Below, piece after piece: positions 45,772-55,327 of a stretch of 62,583 nt of DNA. Position 1 is the stretch's first letter; each line of letters opens with the position of its first letter. The notes beneath the pieces are model-generated. The model was given only the letters and a program-made list of their open reading frames with translations, made no database searches and was not told the origin of the DNA. The stretch is from an uncultured Alphaproteobacteria bacterium (GTDB lineage: Bacteria; Pseudomonadota; Alphaproteobacteria; CAZZKF01), in NCBI GenBank assembly GCA_964654995.1, contig CAZZKF010000004.1, forward strand, positions 1 to 62,583. Reading direction: 5' to 3'. The translations under genes and the position numbers were made by a program.

Positions 45772-46998
45772 TCAGGCGGCATCCGAGCGTGGAATGGCCT
45801 GGGCGTGCTCCCATTCATAGATGTAGTCGCGGGTGCGCGGCACTGCCTGTTTGTGCTTGGCCAGCTGGATCTGATAAACGAGCTGGTCGCCGTGCCGGAA
45901 GGTGGCCTCGCAGGCGGCGAGATAGAAGTCCCACATCCGGCAGAAGCGCTCGTCGTAGATCTCCCGGATCTCGTCGCGGTTGGCGTTGAAGCGGGCCCGC
46001 CAGGCCTTGAGCGTATCGGCATAGTGCAGGCCCAGGGTTTCGATGTCGGTCATCACCAGGCCGCTGGCCTCGATCGCCTCGGCCACCTCGGACAAGGCCG
46101 GACAGTAACCGCCCGGGAAGATGTACTTGCGAATCCACGGATCGGTCGCGCCCGGGCCGTCGGCCCGCGCAATGGTGTGAATGAGCGCCACGCCGTCGTC
46201 CTCGAGCAGCTTGGCGACGGTTGCGAAAAAGCGGTGCAGATGCGGGGCGCCGACATGCTCGAGCATGCCGACCGAGACGATTCGATCGAACCGGCCGCTC
46301 ACCTGGCGATAATCCTGGAGGCGAAACTCGACTTTGGGCTCGAGCCCGGCCGCCTTGGCGCGGGCCTGCGAGACCTTGAGCTGCTCCGTCGACAGCGTCA
46401 CGCCGGTGACCCGGCAGCCGGCGACATCGGCAAGATAGAGGTCGAGGCCACCCCAGCCGCTGCCGATATCCAGCACCGTCTGCCCCGGGGCAAGCAGCAG
46501 TTTGGCGGCGATATGCCGTTTCTTCAGGGCCTGGGCAGTGTCGAGATCCTCGTCGGCGGTCGGAAAATAGGCGCAGGAATACTGGCGGTCGGCATCCAGG
46601 AACAGCTCATAAAGGCGGTCCGAGAGGTCGTAATGATGGGCAACATTGCGACGCGCCCGGCCTACCGGATTGTATTGCGCCAGCCAGCGGAACGCCCGGC
46701 CAATCCGCGCCGCCATCCGGAACGGGCCATGTGCGGCCAGGCGGTGGCGGTTGCGCACGGCCCAGTCGAGAAAATCGTAAACATCGCCGTTCTCGACCGT
46801 AAAGGTGCCGTTCATGAACGCCTCGCCGACCACCAGCGAGGGGTTGAAAGGCAGCTTCCAGGCCACCCACGGGTCGTGAATTCGAACCGTGACTTCGGGG
46901 CCGGGCTCGCCTTCGAAGCGGTGGAAGACGCCCTTGGAGTCAATCAGATTGAGGGTGCCGATCTCGACAAAGGCGCGCAGGAACCACGGTAGAAACAT
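45772..46998 (-). CDS. cfa: Cyclopropane-fatty-acyl-phospholipid synthase family methyltransferase
   Basis: HHYDLS, QYSCAYF, LDIGSGWGG, SVGMLEHVG, KYIFPGG, RMWDFYL. Confidence 0.93.
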   Translation of the reverse strand: MFLPWFLRAFVEIGTLNLIDSKGVFHRFEGEPGPEVTVRIHDPWVAWKLPFNPSLVVGEAFMNGTFTVENGDVYDFLDWAVRNRHRLAAHGPFRMAARIGRAFRWLAQYNPVGRARRNVAHHYDLSDRLYELFLDADRQYSCAYFPTADEDLDTAQALKKRHIAAKLLLAPGQTVLDIGSGWGGLDLYLADVAGCRVTGVTLSTEQLKVSQARAKAAGLEPKVEFRLQDYRQVSGRFDRIVSVGMLEHVGAPHLHRFFATVAKLLEDDGVALIHTIARADGPGATDPWIRKYIFPGGYCPALSEVAEAIEASGLVMTDIETLGLHYADTLKAWRARFNANRDEIREIYDERFCRMWDFYLAACEATFRHGDQLVYQIQLAKHKQAVPRTRDYIYEWEHAQAIPRSDAA

Positions 46999-47233
46999 CG
47001 AACCTCTCCCTGGTTACGCGAGCTGCGGTCAGGAGCTGACGATGTCCAGTGACCCGATCACCCGCTCCCCCGGCCCGGCTGGTCGAAAGGTTAAGTGTAT
47101 CAGACATAAGGAGCCTTCGGAACCAGTGCAAGGCGAGTCGCCGACAATAATCACTGATGTGCGCGGAATCGTCGCAACCGGAAAGCCGGCCAGTATCGCC
47201 CGAGGAACTTGGCGGCGGACTTGGGAGACGGAC

Positions 47234-47890
47234 TTAGGAAGCGGGCTTGCCTGCCTCTGCAGTGTCGCTCGACTCGCCTGCCTCCGGCGATTCCGGCGAA
47301 GGCGGGGTTTCGTCTTCCCCGGCCTCGTCCTCGACCAGTTCGGCGACTGCTTCCTCGGCCAGTTCCTTGCTCTCGAAGAAGGCTTCGGCCGCCGCCACCT
47401 GTTCGCTCTTGCCGTCGTGCAGGTCGATCTGGCGTTCGGCCTCCTCGCGCGAACGGGCGACGCTGATCCGCACCGTCGCCACGACTTCCGGGTGCAGCGC
47501 GATCTTTACCTCGAACACGCCAAGGGTCTTGATCGGACGATCCAGCATGACCTGGCGGCGTTCGACCATGAATCCCATGGCTGCCAGCTCTTCGACGATG
47601 TCGCGATTGCTCACCGAACCGTAGAGCTGGCCGTTCTCTCCGGCCTGGCGCAGCACCGTGCAGGACTGACCATCGAGCTTGGCGCCCACCGCTTCCGCCT
47701 CCTGGCGGCGCTCGAGATTGCGGGCCTCGAGCTCACTGCGGCGCGATTCGAACAGGCGGCGGTTTTCCTCGGTCGCCCGCAGCGCCTTGTTCTGGGGCAG
47801 CAGGAAGTTGCGGGCGTAGCCGTCCTTGACGGTGACCACATCGCCCATCTGGCCCAGCTTTTCAATCCGCTCCAACAGAATGACGTCCAT
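47234..47890 (-). CDS. rplI: 50S ribosomal protein L9
   Basis: MDVILLE...[19 protein letters not shown]; acidic C-terminal tail. Confidence 0.98.
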   Translation of the reverse strand: MDVILLERIEKLGQMGDVVTVKDGYARNFLLPQNKALRATEENRRLFESRRSELEARNLERRQEAEAVGAKLDGQSCTVLRQAGENGQLYGSVSNRDIVEELAAMGFMVERRQVMLDRPIKTLGVFEVKIALHPEVVATVRISVARSREEAERQIDLHDGKSEQVAAAEAFFESKELAEEAVAELVEDEAGEDETPPSPESPEAGESSDTAEAGKPAS

Positions 47891-47900
47891 CACAGTTCTC

Positions 47901-48866
47901 CTAACCGCCGGCGCTTGGTCCCAGGCGCTCCCGCAGCCCGGTCCATTGCTGCACCAGTCCCAAAATCGCAATCAGAATCGCCGGCCATGCCAGCATCACC
48001 AGAGCCAGGTAAAACAGTGCCAGCAGGCCGATCCGCCCCGGGCTTCGGGCGGCAAAAGCATGTACCACGCTGAGGCCCAGCAGAAAATAGGCAAACAACC
48101 CGATCACCGCCAATGCCATCGCCACCGCGCCGATGTTGCCGGGCAGCCACGAAGCGATCAGGGTTGCGCCGGTGAACCAGGCGAGGCCGGCTGGCAGATC
48201 GAGCCGGCGAAAATCCGGGCTCGGGCGGAGATTGTGCCGGGAGCGTACCAGAAGAGCCTGGCCGAGCACGCCGTTGATCACCATGAAGGTGAGCCACACC
48301 ACCGCCAGAATGGCCGGCATCGCCGGCGCCAGCCCGGGAATGACCCGGCGCAGCGCCGTGATCAGCGCCTGATTGTCGGGGGTTTCCTGTATCCGGCCGG
48401 CGAACCCCTCGAGAGCAGTGCGCACAGCCCCGATCAGCCCCCCTTCGTGGCCGGCGAACAGGACCGCAGCGCCGAGCACCAGCACGGCGGCGATCCCGCA
48501 CAGCCGGACCAGCAGCAGGCCCGGCGGGTACCATTCGGTTGAACCCTCCGCGGTGGTTCGGTTGAGCAGCGCCCAGCGGCTCAACAAATAAGGCGCGGCT
48601 CCGGTGAGCGCCAGAAAGATCAATCCTTCCGATGACCGCGAGGTTCCCTCGGCGTCGATCATCAGTGGCATCAGCGCCACCACCGCGGCGGCGATCAGGG
48701 TGGCAAGACCGGCGGCCAGCGGGGCCAGCCCGAGACCGCTCATGAACAACGGCAGCGGCGCCAGATTGGACAGCATCGCCGCGCCCGGGGTGCCGGCCAT
48801 GGCGGCCAGATAGAGGCCGGCGCTGGCCAGCCCCGCGATCGCCGTCAGAAGGGCGAAGCTGGACAT
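47901..48866 (-). CDS. DUF2232/YybS-like membrane protein
   Basis: Polytopic membrane ORF between rpsR and rplI containing EWYPPG; ATG 48866. Confidence 0.8.
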   Translation of the reverse strand: MSSFALLTAIAGLASAGLYLAAMAGTPGAAMLSNLAPLPLFMSGLGLAPLAAGLATLIAAAVVALMPLMIDAEGTSRSSEGLIFLALTGAAPYLLSRWALLNRTTAEGSTEWYPPGLLLVRLCGIAAVLVLGAAVLFAGHEGGLIGAVRTALEGFAGRIQETPDNQALITALRRVIPGLAPAMPAILAVVWLTFMVINGVLGQALLVRSRHNLRPSPDFRRLDLPAGLAWFTGATLIASWLPGNIGAVAMALAVIGLFAYFLLGLSVVHAFAARSPGRIGLLALFYLALVMLAWPAILIAILGLVQQWTGLRERLGPSAGG

Positions 48867-48931
48867 GATGGCGTGTCTTTCTCCGGCGCACAGTGCGGTC
48901 AGCGGACCGCTCGAACCCGACCGTCGGGCCC

Positions 48932-49195
48932 TCAGCGGACCAGGAACGGCAGCAGCGCAAGATTGCGCGCCCGCTTGATCGCTTTCGCCAGCTCCCGCTG
49001 CTTCTTGGAAGAAACGGCGGTGATCCGGCTGGGCACGATCTTGCCACGCTCGGAAATATAGCGCGACAGAAGCTTGACGTCCTTGTAGTCGATCTTCGGC
49101 GCGTTCGGGCCGGTAAACGGGCAGGTCTTGCGCCGGCGAAAGAACGGGCGCCGGGCCGGCTCGAAGGACCGGCCGCCTGGCTTGGCTTCGCTCAT
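48932..49195 (-). CDS. rpsR: 30S ribosomal protein S18
   Basis: [35 protein letters not shown]. Confidence 0.99.
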   Translation of the reverse strand: MSEAKPGGRSFEPARRPFFRRRKTCPFTGPNAPKIDYKDVKLLSRYISERGKIVPSRITAVSSKKQRELAKAIKRARNLALLPFLVR

Positions 49196-49683
49196 GTCTC
49201 ATCTCCCGACTTTGCGGCCGGTGGCGTGTCGGCGGCCTTGTCCTTGGCCTCTTCACTGGCGGCCGGAGCCGCCGGGGCAGCCTCGGCCTTCGGGGCTTCG
49301 GCCCGGTCGCGCGGCCGCGGGCCGCCGCGATCACCGCGATGACCGCGGCCATCACGGGACGATTTCGCCCGCATCATCGCCGACGGGCCATCTTCCAGCT
49401 CATCGACGCGCACCGTCATATAGCGCAGGATGTCGTCGTTGAGGCGCTCCTGGCGCTCGAGTTCCTGAACCGCCTCATGCGGCGTATCCAGGTTCATCAG
49501 TACGTAATGGCCCTTGCGGTTCTTCCTGATCCGATAGGCCAGCGTGCGCAGGCCCCAGGTTTCGGTCTTGGTGACCTTGCCGCCGCCCTTTTCGATGATC
49601 TCGGCGAACTGCTGGGCCATATCGGCCACGTGCTGGGACGAAATGTCCTGGCGCGCGATGAAAATATGCTCGTAGTAAGGCAT
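49192..49683 (-). CDS. rpsF: 30S ribosomal protein S6
   Basis: [23 protein letters not shown]; ATG 49683 after AAGGAG. Confidence 0.98.
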   Translation of the reverse strand: MPYYEHIFIARQDISSQHVADMAQQFAEIIEKGGGKVTKTETWGLRTLAYRIRKNRKGHYVLMNLDTPHEAVQELERQERLNDDILRYMTVRVDELEDGPSAMMRAKSSRDGRGHRGDRGGPRPRDRAEAPKAEAAPAAPAASEEAKDKAADTPPAAKSGDET

Positions 49684-49693
49684 GGAACAGCGC

Positions 49694-49779
49694 ACTCCTT
49701 CTGGCTGTTGGGTGCCCGGTGCTGCGCCGGTTTCGGCGATCAGCAGTCACGGGCTCAGCCGGCATTGCCGGCAAGGAGT
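49694..49779 (-). promoter_or_regulatory. S6:S18-type ribosomal protein leader RNA
   Basis: ACUCCUU (49779-49773) pairs with the SD AAGGAGU (49700-49694); CCG follows the anti-SD; GGC/GCC second stem. Confidence 0.7.
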
Positions 49780-49793
49780 TTCAAAGGCGGCGC

Positions 49794-49821
49794 ACTATAC
49801 ATCATCTGGCGGCCTGTGCAA
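49794..49821 (-). promoter_or_regulatory. rpsF operon promoter (TTGCAC-N16-TATAGT)
   Basis: Motif just upstream of the leader RNA. Confidence 0.65.
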
Positions 49822-49928
49822 GCCCGTAGAGGTGGATTCGAGCGCTTGACAGGGGGCGGCATGCAGGCTTTCTTTGCGCCCGGGACAGGGCGGCCCGAAA
49901 GCGGCCGCCGGAACGGGAGCAACACGCG

Positions 49929-50870
49929 GTGACACGAGCCTTTGTCTTTCCCGGTCAGGGCAGCCAGGCGGTGGGCATGGGCCAGGCGCTGGCCGAGGCC
50001 TTTGTGAGCGCCCGCGAGGTGTTCGAAGAGGTCGACGAGGCCCTCAAGCAGCATCTCTCGAAGCTGATGTTCGAGGGCCCGGATGACGAGCTGCGGCTGA
50101 CCGAAAATGCCCAGCCGGCACTGATGGCGGTGAGCCTGGCGGCGCTGCGCGTCATCACCCGCGACGGCGGCATGGATTTGCCGGCCAACGTGGCAATGGT
50201 CGCCGGCCACAGCCTCGGCGAATATTCGGCGCTGGCGGCGGCCGGTGCCCTCGAGGTGGCCGAGGCGGCGCGGCTGCTCAAGCGCCGCGGCCAGGCGATG
50301 CAGCGCGCCGTGCCGGTGGGCGAGGGGGCGATGGCGGCGCTGCTCGGCATCGACTGGGAAACCGCGCTTCAGGTGGCGGCCGATGCGGCCGAGGACGGGG
50401 TCTGCGAGGCGGCCAATGACAACGCGCCCGGCCAGGTGGTGATCAGCGGCCACCGGGCGGCGGTCGAACGGGCGATCGACATTGCCCGCGGGCGCGGCGC
50501 CAAACGCGGCGTGCTGCTGCCGGTCAGCGCCCCCTTTCACTGCAAGCTGATGGCGCCGGCGGCCGAGGAAATGGAAGAGGCGCTGGGTGAAGCCGAAATC
50601 GCGACGCCGGCGGTGCCGGTGGTCGCCAATGTGACCGCCCGGCCGGTCACCGAGCCGGACGAGATCCGCCGGCTTCTGGTCGAGCAGGTGACGGCCGCCG
50701 TGCGCTGGCGCGAAAGTGTCGAGTACATGGTCGAGGCCGGCGTCGATACGCTGGTCGAGATCGGCGCCGGCAAGGTGCTCTCGGGCCTCGCCCGGCGCAT
50801 CCATCGTGATCTGGCGGCGGTCAGCATCGGTACGCCCGAGGACATCGAGGCCTTTTTCGCCTCCCTGTAA
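49929..50870 (+). CDS. fabD: Malonyl CoA-ACP transacylase
   Basis: FPGQGSQ, GHSLGE, SAPFHC; GTG start. Confidence 0.98.
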   Translation: MTRAFVFPGQGSQAVGMGQALAEAFVSAREVFEEVDEALKQHLSKLMFEGPDDELRLTENAQPALMAVSLAALRVITRDGGMDLPANVAMVAGHSLGEYSALAAAGALEVAEAARLLKRRGQAMQRAVPVGEGAMAALLGIDWETALQVAADAAEDGVCEAANDNAPGQVVISGHRAAVERAIDIARGRGAKRGVLLPVSAPFHCKLMAPAAEEMEEALGEAEIATPAVPVVANVTARPVTEPDEIRRLLVEQVTAAVRWRESVEYMVEAGVDTLVEIGAGKVLSGLARRIHRDLAAVSIGTPEDIEAFFASL

Positions 50871-50909
50871 TCGGGCGGGGCGACGCAGGCGGTCAAGGAA
50901 GGGAATCCC

Positions 50910-51647
50910 ATGTTCAATCTCAGCGGAAAATCGGCGCTGGTCACCGGCGCCTCGGGTGGAATCGGTGCTGCGATTGCCAGAACCTTGCATGCCGCGGGAG
51001 CAACGGTTGCGCTCTCCGGCACCCGCGAAGAGGCGCTGGCGGCCGTAGCCGAGACCCTTGGCGAGCGGGTCCATGTGGTGCCTTGCGATCTCGGTGACCG
51101 GGCCGCCGTGGCGGCGCTGCCGGCCCGTGCCGAAGAGGCGATGGGCCGGATCGACATTCTGGTCAACAATGCCGGGGTGACCCGCGACCGGCTGGCCGTG
51201 CGCATGAAGCTCGAGGACTGGGACCGGGTGCTCGCGGTCAATCTGACCGCTGCCTTCCAGCTTGCCCAGGCGGTTCTGCCGGGCATGATGAAACACCGCT
51301 GGGGGCGGATCATCGGCATTTCCTCGATCATCGGGGTGACCGGCAATCCCGGCCAGACCAATTACGCGGCGTCGAAAGCCGGCATGATCGGCATGAGCAA
51401 GGCGTTGGCCCAGGAAGTGGCAAGCCGCGGGATCACCGTGAACTGCATCGCGCCGGGCTTCATTGCCACGCCGATGACCGAAGTTCTGCCCGAGAAGCTG
51501 CGCGACAAATTGTGCGAGAAGATTCCCGCCGGCATGTTCGGCACGCCCGACGATATCGCCGCTGCGGCTGTTTATCTGGCCAGCGACGAAGCCGGTTACG
51601 TGACCGGGCAGACCTTGCATGTGAACGGTGGAATGGCCATGATCTGA
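50910..51647 (+). CDS. fabG: 3-oxoacyl-ACP reductase
   Basis: TGASGGIG, NNAGVTRD, GNPGQTNYAASK; fab cluster. Confidence 0.97.
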   Translation: MFNLSGKSALVTGASGGIGAAIARTLHAAGATVALSGTREEALAAVAETLGERVHVVPCDLGDRAAVAALPARAEEAMGRIDILVNNAGVTRDRLAVRMKLEDWDRVLAVNLTAAFQLAQAVLPGMMKHRWGRIIGISSIIGVTGNPGQTNYAASKAGMIGMSKALAQEVASRGITVNCIAPGFIATPMTEVLPEKLRDKLCEKIPAGMFGTPDDIAAAAVYLASDEAGYVTGQTLHVNGGMAMI

Positions 51648-51790
51648 AAGGTCCGAGTCGGGCCGGGGGGATTCTGGTCAAGGCCGGAAAAGTGTGATAG
51701 GGAGTTGCGCAAACGGGGTGCTCCGCGTTGGCCCGGGCTGTCCGGGTTCGGAAATGTCGTTGAATTACCATAGCTTAAAGGATAGCTGCC

Positions 51791-52027
51791 ATGACTGACG
51801 TTGCCGATCGGGTAAAGAAAATCGTCATCGAACATCTGGGCGTGGACGAGGACAAAGTGGTCGAGACCGCGAGTTTTATCGACGATCTCGGTGCTGACAG
51901 CCTCGATACCGTCGAGCTGGTCATGGCCTTTGAGGAAGAATTCGGCTGCGAGATTCCGGACGATGCCGCCGAAAAGATTCTGACGGTCAAGGACGCCATC
52001 GACTACATCAGCCAGAACGCCGGCTGA
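51791..52027 (+). CDS. acpP: Acyl carrier protein
   Basis: [20 protein letters not shown]. Confidence 0.99.
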   Translation: MTDVADRVKKIVIEHLGVDEDKVVETASFIDDLGADSLDTVELVMAFEEEFGCEIPDDAAEKILTVKDAIDYISQNAG

Positions 52028-52037
52028 TCCACGCTTG

Positions 52038-52075
52038 AACCCGGTGCCGCCGGCTTGCCGGCGGCGTGCCGGGTT
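52038..52075 (+). other. Strong GC-rich stem-loop between acpP and fabF
   Basis: AACCCGG/CCGGGTT outer stem enclosing GCCGCCGG-CTTG-CCGGCGGC; no U-tract. Confidence 0.6.
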
Positions 52076-52133
52076 GCAGACCCGACGGCGGCTGAAGCAG
52101 GGCCACCGGCGATCGCACCAACGAGGCAGGGGC

Positions 52134-53399
52134 ATGAAACGCGTCGTTGTTACCGGACTGGGGCTGGTCACGCCGCTTGCCTGCGGCGTCGAGGCGACAT
52201 GGCGCCGCCTGATCGCCGGCGAATCGGGTGCCGGCCTGATTACCCGCTTCGACGTCTCCAACACCATGGCCAAGGTGGCCTGCGAGATCCCGTTCGGGGA
52301 CGGCTCCCAGGACAGCTTCAACCCGGATGACTGGGTGCTGCCCAAGAACCAGCGGCGGATGGACAGGTTCATCCTCTATGGCATGGCGGCCGCCGCCCAG
52401 GCGGTGGCCGATGCCGGCTGGATGCCGGAGGACGAGGAGGCGCGCGAGCGCACCGGCGTGATGATCGGCTCGGGCATTGGCGGTTTGCCGGAAATCGAGC
52501 GCTGGGCCGAGGTCCTGCACAATCAGGGGCCGCGCAAGGTCAGCCCGTTCTTCATCACCAACAGCCTGATCAATCTGGCGTCCGGCAACATCGCCATCAA
52601 ATACGGATTCAAGGGCCCCAATCATGCGGTGGTCACCGCCTGCTCCAGCGGTGCGCATGCGATCGGCGACGCCGCCCGGCTGATCAAATGGGGCGATGCC
52701 GACGTGATGATCGCCGGCGGCGCCGAAAGCGCGCTCTCACCCCTCGGCATCGCCGGATTTGCCGCGATCAAGGCGCTGAGCACCCATTTCAATGACACGC
52801 CCGAGCGCGCCTCGCGCCCCTGGGACTGCGACCGCGACGGCTTTGTCATGGGCGAGGGTGCCGGCATCGTCGTGCTTGAGGAGCTCGAGCACGCCCGCAA
52901 GCGCGGCGCCACCATTTACGCCGAGGTCGCCGGCTACGGCCTGTCGGGCGATGCCTATCACATCACCGCCCCGGCGCCCGACGGCAATGGCGGCTTCCGC
53001 TCGATGCAGGCGGCGCTCAAGAGCGCCGGGCTGACCCCCGACGACATCGACTATGTGAATGCCCACGGCACCTCGACGCCGGTCGGCGACGAAATCGAAT
53101 TCGCCGCCGTCAAGCGCCTGTTCGGCGATGCCGCGGCGAAGATTTCGATGTCCTCGACCAAATCGTCGATCGGCCATCTGCTCGGCGCGGCCGGCGGTGT
53201 CGAGGCGATTTTCTGCATTCTCGCGATCCGCGACGGCGTGGTGCCGCCGACGCTCAATCTCGACAACCCGTCGGAGGGCTGCGAGGGCATCGATCTGGTC
53301 CCCCATGAGGCCCGCGAGCGACCGGTGCGTGCGGCGCTGACCAATTCCTTCGGGTTCGGCGGAACCAACGCTTCGCTGGTGCTCACCGCCGTCGATTGA
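52134..53399 (+). CDS. fabF: 3-oxoacyl-ACP synthase II
   Basis: VTACSSG catalytic Cys, NAHGTST, KSSIGHLLGAAG, NSFGFGGTN; ATG 52134. Confidence 0.98.
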   Translation: MKRVVVTGLGLVTPLACGVEATWRRLIAGESGAGLITRFDVSNTMAKVACEIPFGDGSQDSFNPDDWVLPKNQRRMDRFILYGMAAAAQAVADAGWMPEDEEARERTGVMIGSGIGGLPEIERWAEVLHNQGPRKVSPFFITNSLINLASGNIAIKYGFKGPNHAVVTACSSGAHAIGDAARLIKWGDADVMIAGGAESALSPLGIAGFAAIKALSTHFNDTPERASRPWDCDRDGFVMGEGAGIVVLEELEHARKRGATIYAEVAGYGLSGDAYHITAPAPDGNGGFRSMQAALKSAGLTPDDIDYVNAHGTSTPVGDEIEFAAVKRLFGDAAAKISMSSTKSSIGHLLGAAGGVEAIFCILAIRDGVVPPTLNLDNPSEGCEGIDLVPHEARERPVRAALTNSFGFGGTNASLVLTAVD

Positions 53400-53443
53400 C
53401 GCCGGTGCCGGCGATGCCGGGTCGCCCCGGCGGGCAGAAAGAC

Positions 53444-54430
53444 ATGAACAAGCGGCTGTGGATGTCCGGCGCCGTTCTGGCGCTCCTGGTGGTGGCCATG
53501 GCGGCCGCCGGCTGGCTGGTCCTGCGCCTCGATGCGCCAGGCCCGCTGGCCGAGGATACGGCCGTCATCCTGCCGCGCGGGGCGCATTTGCGCCAGGCCG
53601 CCACCATTCTCGAGGATGCCGGCGCCATTGATTCAGCCCGTCTGTTCGTTCTGGCGGCACGGCTGCGGGGCGAGGACCGGCGGCTCAAGGCCGGCGAATT
53701 CCTGATCCCGGCCGGGGCCAGCATCAACCGGGTTCTCGCCATTTTGCGGGCCGGCCGCACGGTGCTGCGGCGGCTCACCGTGCCCGAGGGGCTGACGGTC
53801 GCCCAGGTGATCGATCTGCTGGAGGCGGAAACCGCACTCACCGGCACCGTGACGCGCACGCCGGAAGAGGGCAGCCTGCTGCCCGAGACCTATTATTTCA
53901 GCTATGGCGACGATCGCCAGGCGCTGCTCGACCGGATGATGGAGGCCATGGACCGCACGCTCGATGCGCTGTGGCAGACGCGCAAGCCCGATCTGCCCTA
54001 TGTCAGCGCCCGCGACGGGGTGATTCTGGCCTCGATCATCGAGAAGGAAACGGCGCTCCCCGAAGAACGCAGCCGCATCGCCGGGGTGTTCATCAACCGG
54101 CTGCGCCGGGGCATGCGCCTGCAGTCGGACCCGACCGTGGCCTACGGGCTGGGTGATGGTCGCCCCCTGGGGCGGGCGCTGACGCGCACTGATCTCGACA
54201 TTCCCACGCCCTATAACACCTATCTGATCGCCGGGCTGCCGCCGACCCCGATCGCCAATCCGGGCCGCCAGGCGCTGATCGCCGCCTTCCAGCCGCTGGA
54301 CACCGACGAGCTCTACTTCGTCGCCGACGGGCGCGGCGGTCACGCCTTTGCCCGGACGCTGGAGGAGCACCAGCGCAATGTCCGGCGCTGGCGGGCGCTG
54401 CGTGCCGCGCCGGCTCAGCCGACCCAATAG
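53444..54430 (+). CDS. mltG: Endolytic transglycosylase MltG
   Basis: LTVPEG, EGSLLPETY, LASIIEKET, LQSDPT, YNTY..GLPPTPIANPG; ATG 53444. Confidence 0.96.
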   Translation: MNKRLWMSGAVLALLVVAMAAAGWLVLRLDAPGPLAEDTAVILPRGAHLRQAATILEDAGAIDSARLFVLAARLRGEDRRLKAGEFLIPAGASINRVLAILRAGRTVLRRLTVPEGLTVAQVIDLLEAETALTGTVTRTPEEGSLLPETYYFSYGDDRQALLDRMMEAMDRTLDALWQTRKPDLPYVSARDGVILASIIEKETALPEERSRIAGVFINRLRRGMRLQSDPTVAYGLGDGRPLGRALTRTDLDIPTPYNTYLIAGLPPTPIANPGRQALIAAFQPLDTDELYFVADGRGGHAFARTLEEHQRNVRRWRALRAAPAQPTQ

Positions 54431-54438
54431 CTGCGCGA

Positions 54439-55185
54439 TCAGGCCCGCAGCAGCCGCTCGACCAGGCGCTCGGGCAGCAGCCCGAGGAGGCGGCCGAACA
54501 CCAGCATCTGCCAGGGAAAGACGATGCGTGGCGCATTGCGGGCAAGCCCGCGGCGGATGATCCGGGCGGCCCGTTCCGGGGGCATCAGAAACGGCATGGG
54601 AAAGGTGTTCTTGGCCGTCATCGGCGTTTCCACGAACCCTGGGCAGATCACCGAGACGCGGATGCCGTCCGCCGCGTAAAGCCCGCGCAGGGCCTCGCCA
54701 TAGGCCTTGACCGCGCATTTGCTGACCGAATAGGCGGGCGAGCGCGGCATGCCGTGAAAGCCGGCGATCGAGCTGACGATGGCAATCTGGCCGTGCCGGC
54801 GCTCTCGCATCACATCGAGGGCCGGCTGCACCGTGTTGATCACGCCCTCGAGATTGACCGCCAGAACGCGGCGCAGCTGCTCGCGCAAGCCCTCGCGCAG
54901 ATCCCAGGGGGTGGAGATGCCGGCATTGGCGATTACCAGATCGAGCGGCCGGGCGGCATCCACCTCGCGGATCCAGGCATCCATGGCGGCCTCGTCGGTG
55001 ACATCGATAAGGCGGGTGTCCGCCTTGGCCCCGATCGCGCGGCAGTCGCCCGCCACCGCTTCCAGCCGCTCGCCGTTGCGCCCGGCCAGCGCCAGATGGA
55101 CGCCCGGCTCGGCATACGTCCGGGCCAGCGCGGCGCCGATGCCGCTGCTTGCCCCGGTGATCAGAATCGATGTCGGCCTTGCCAT
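54439..55185 (-). CDS. SDR family oxidoreductase
   Basis: ITGASSGIG, ANAG, SSIAG, YSVSK; ATG 55185. Confidence 0.92.
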   Translation of the reverse strand: MARPTSILITGASSGIGAALARTYAEPGVHLALAGRNGERLEAVAGDCRAIGAKADTRLIDVTDEAAMDAWIREVDAARPLDLVIANAGISTPWDLREGLREQLRRVLAVNLEGVINTVQPALDVMRERRHGQIAIVSSIAGFHGMPRSPAYSVSKCAVKAYGEALRGLYAADGIRVSVICPGFVETPMTAKNTFPMPFLMPPERAARIIRRGLARNAPRIVFPWQMLVFGRLLGLLPERLVERLLRA

Positions 55186-55327
55186 CTCCCCCGGTCCTCG
55201 CCTTCGTCGGGCGCCTGCGGCTTGTTGGCCCCCGGACCAGGCTCTATAGTGCAGGGCCAAAGCCGCCGGACGCAAGGATCGACAGGCGCTGAAGGAGGAA
55301 ACGGCCCTGACCAAAACGGTATCCAGC

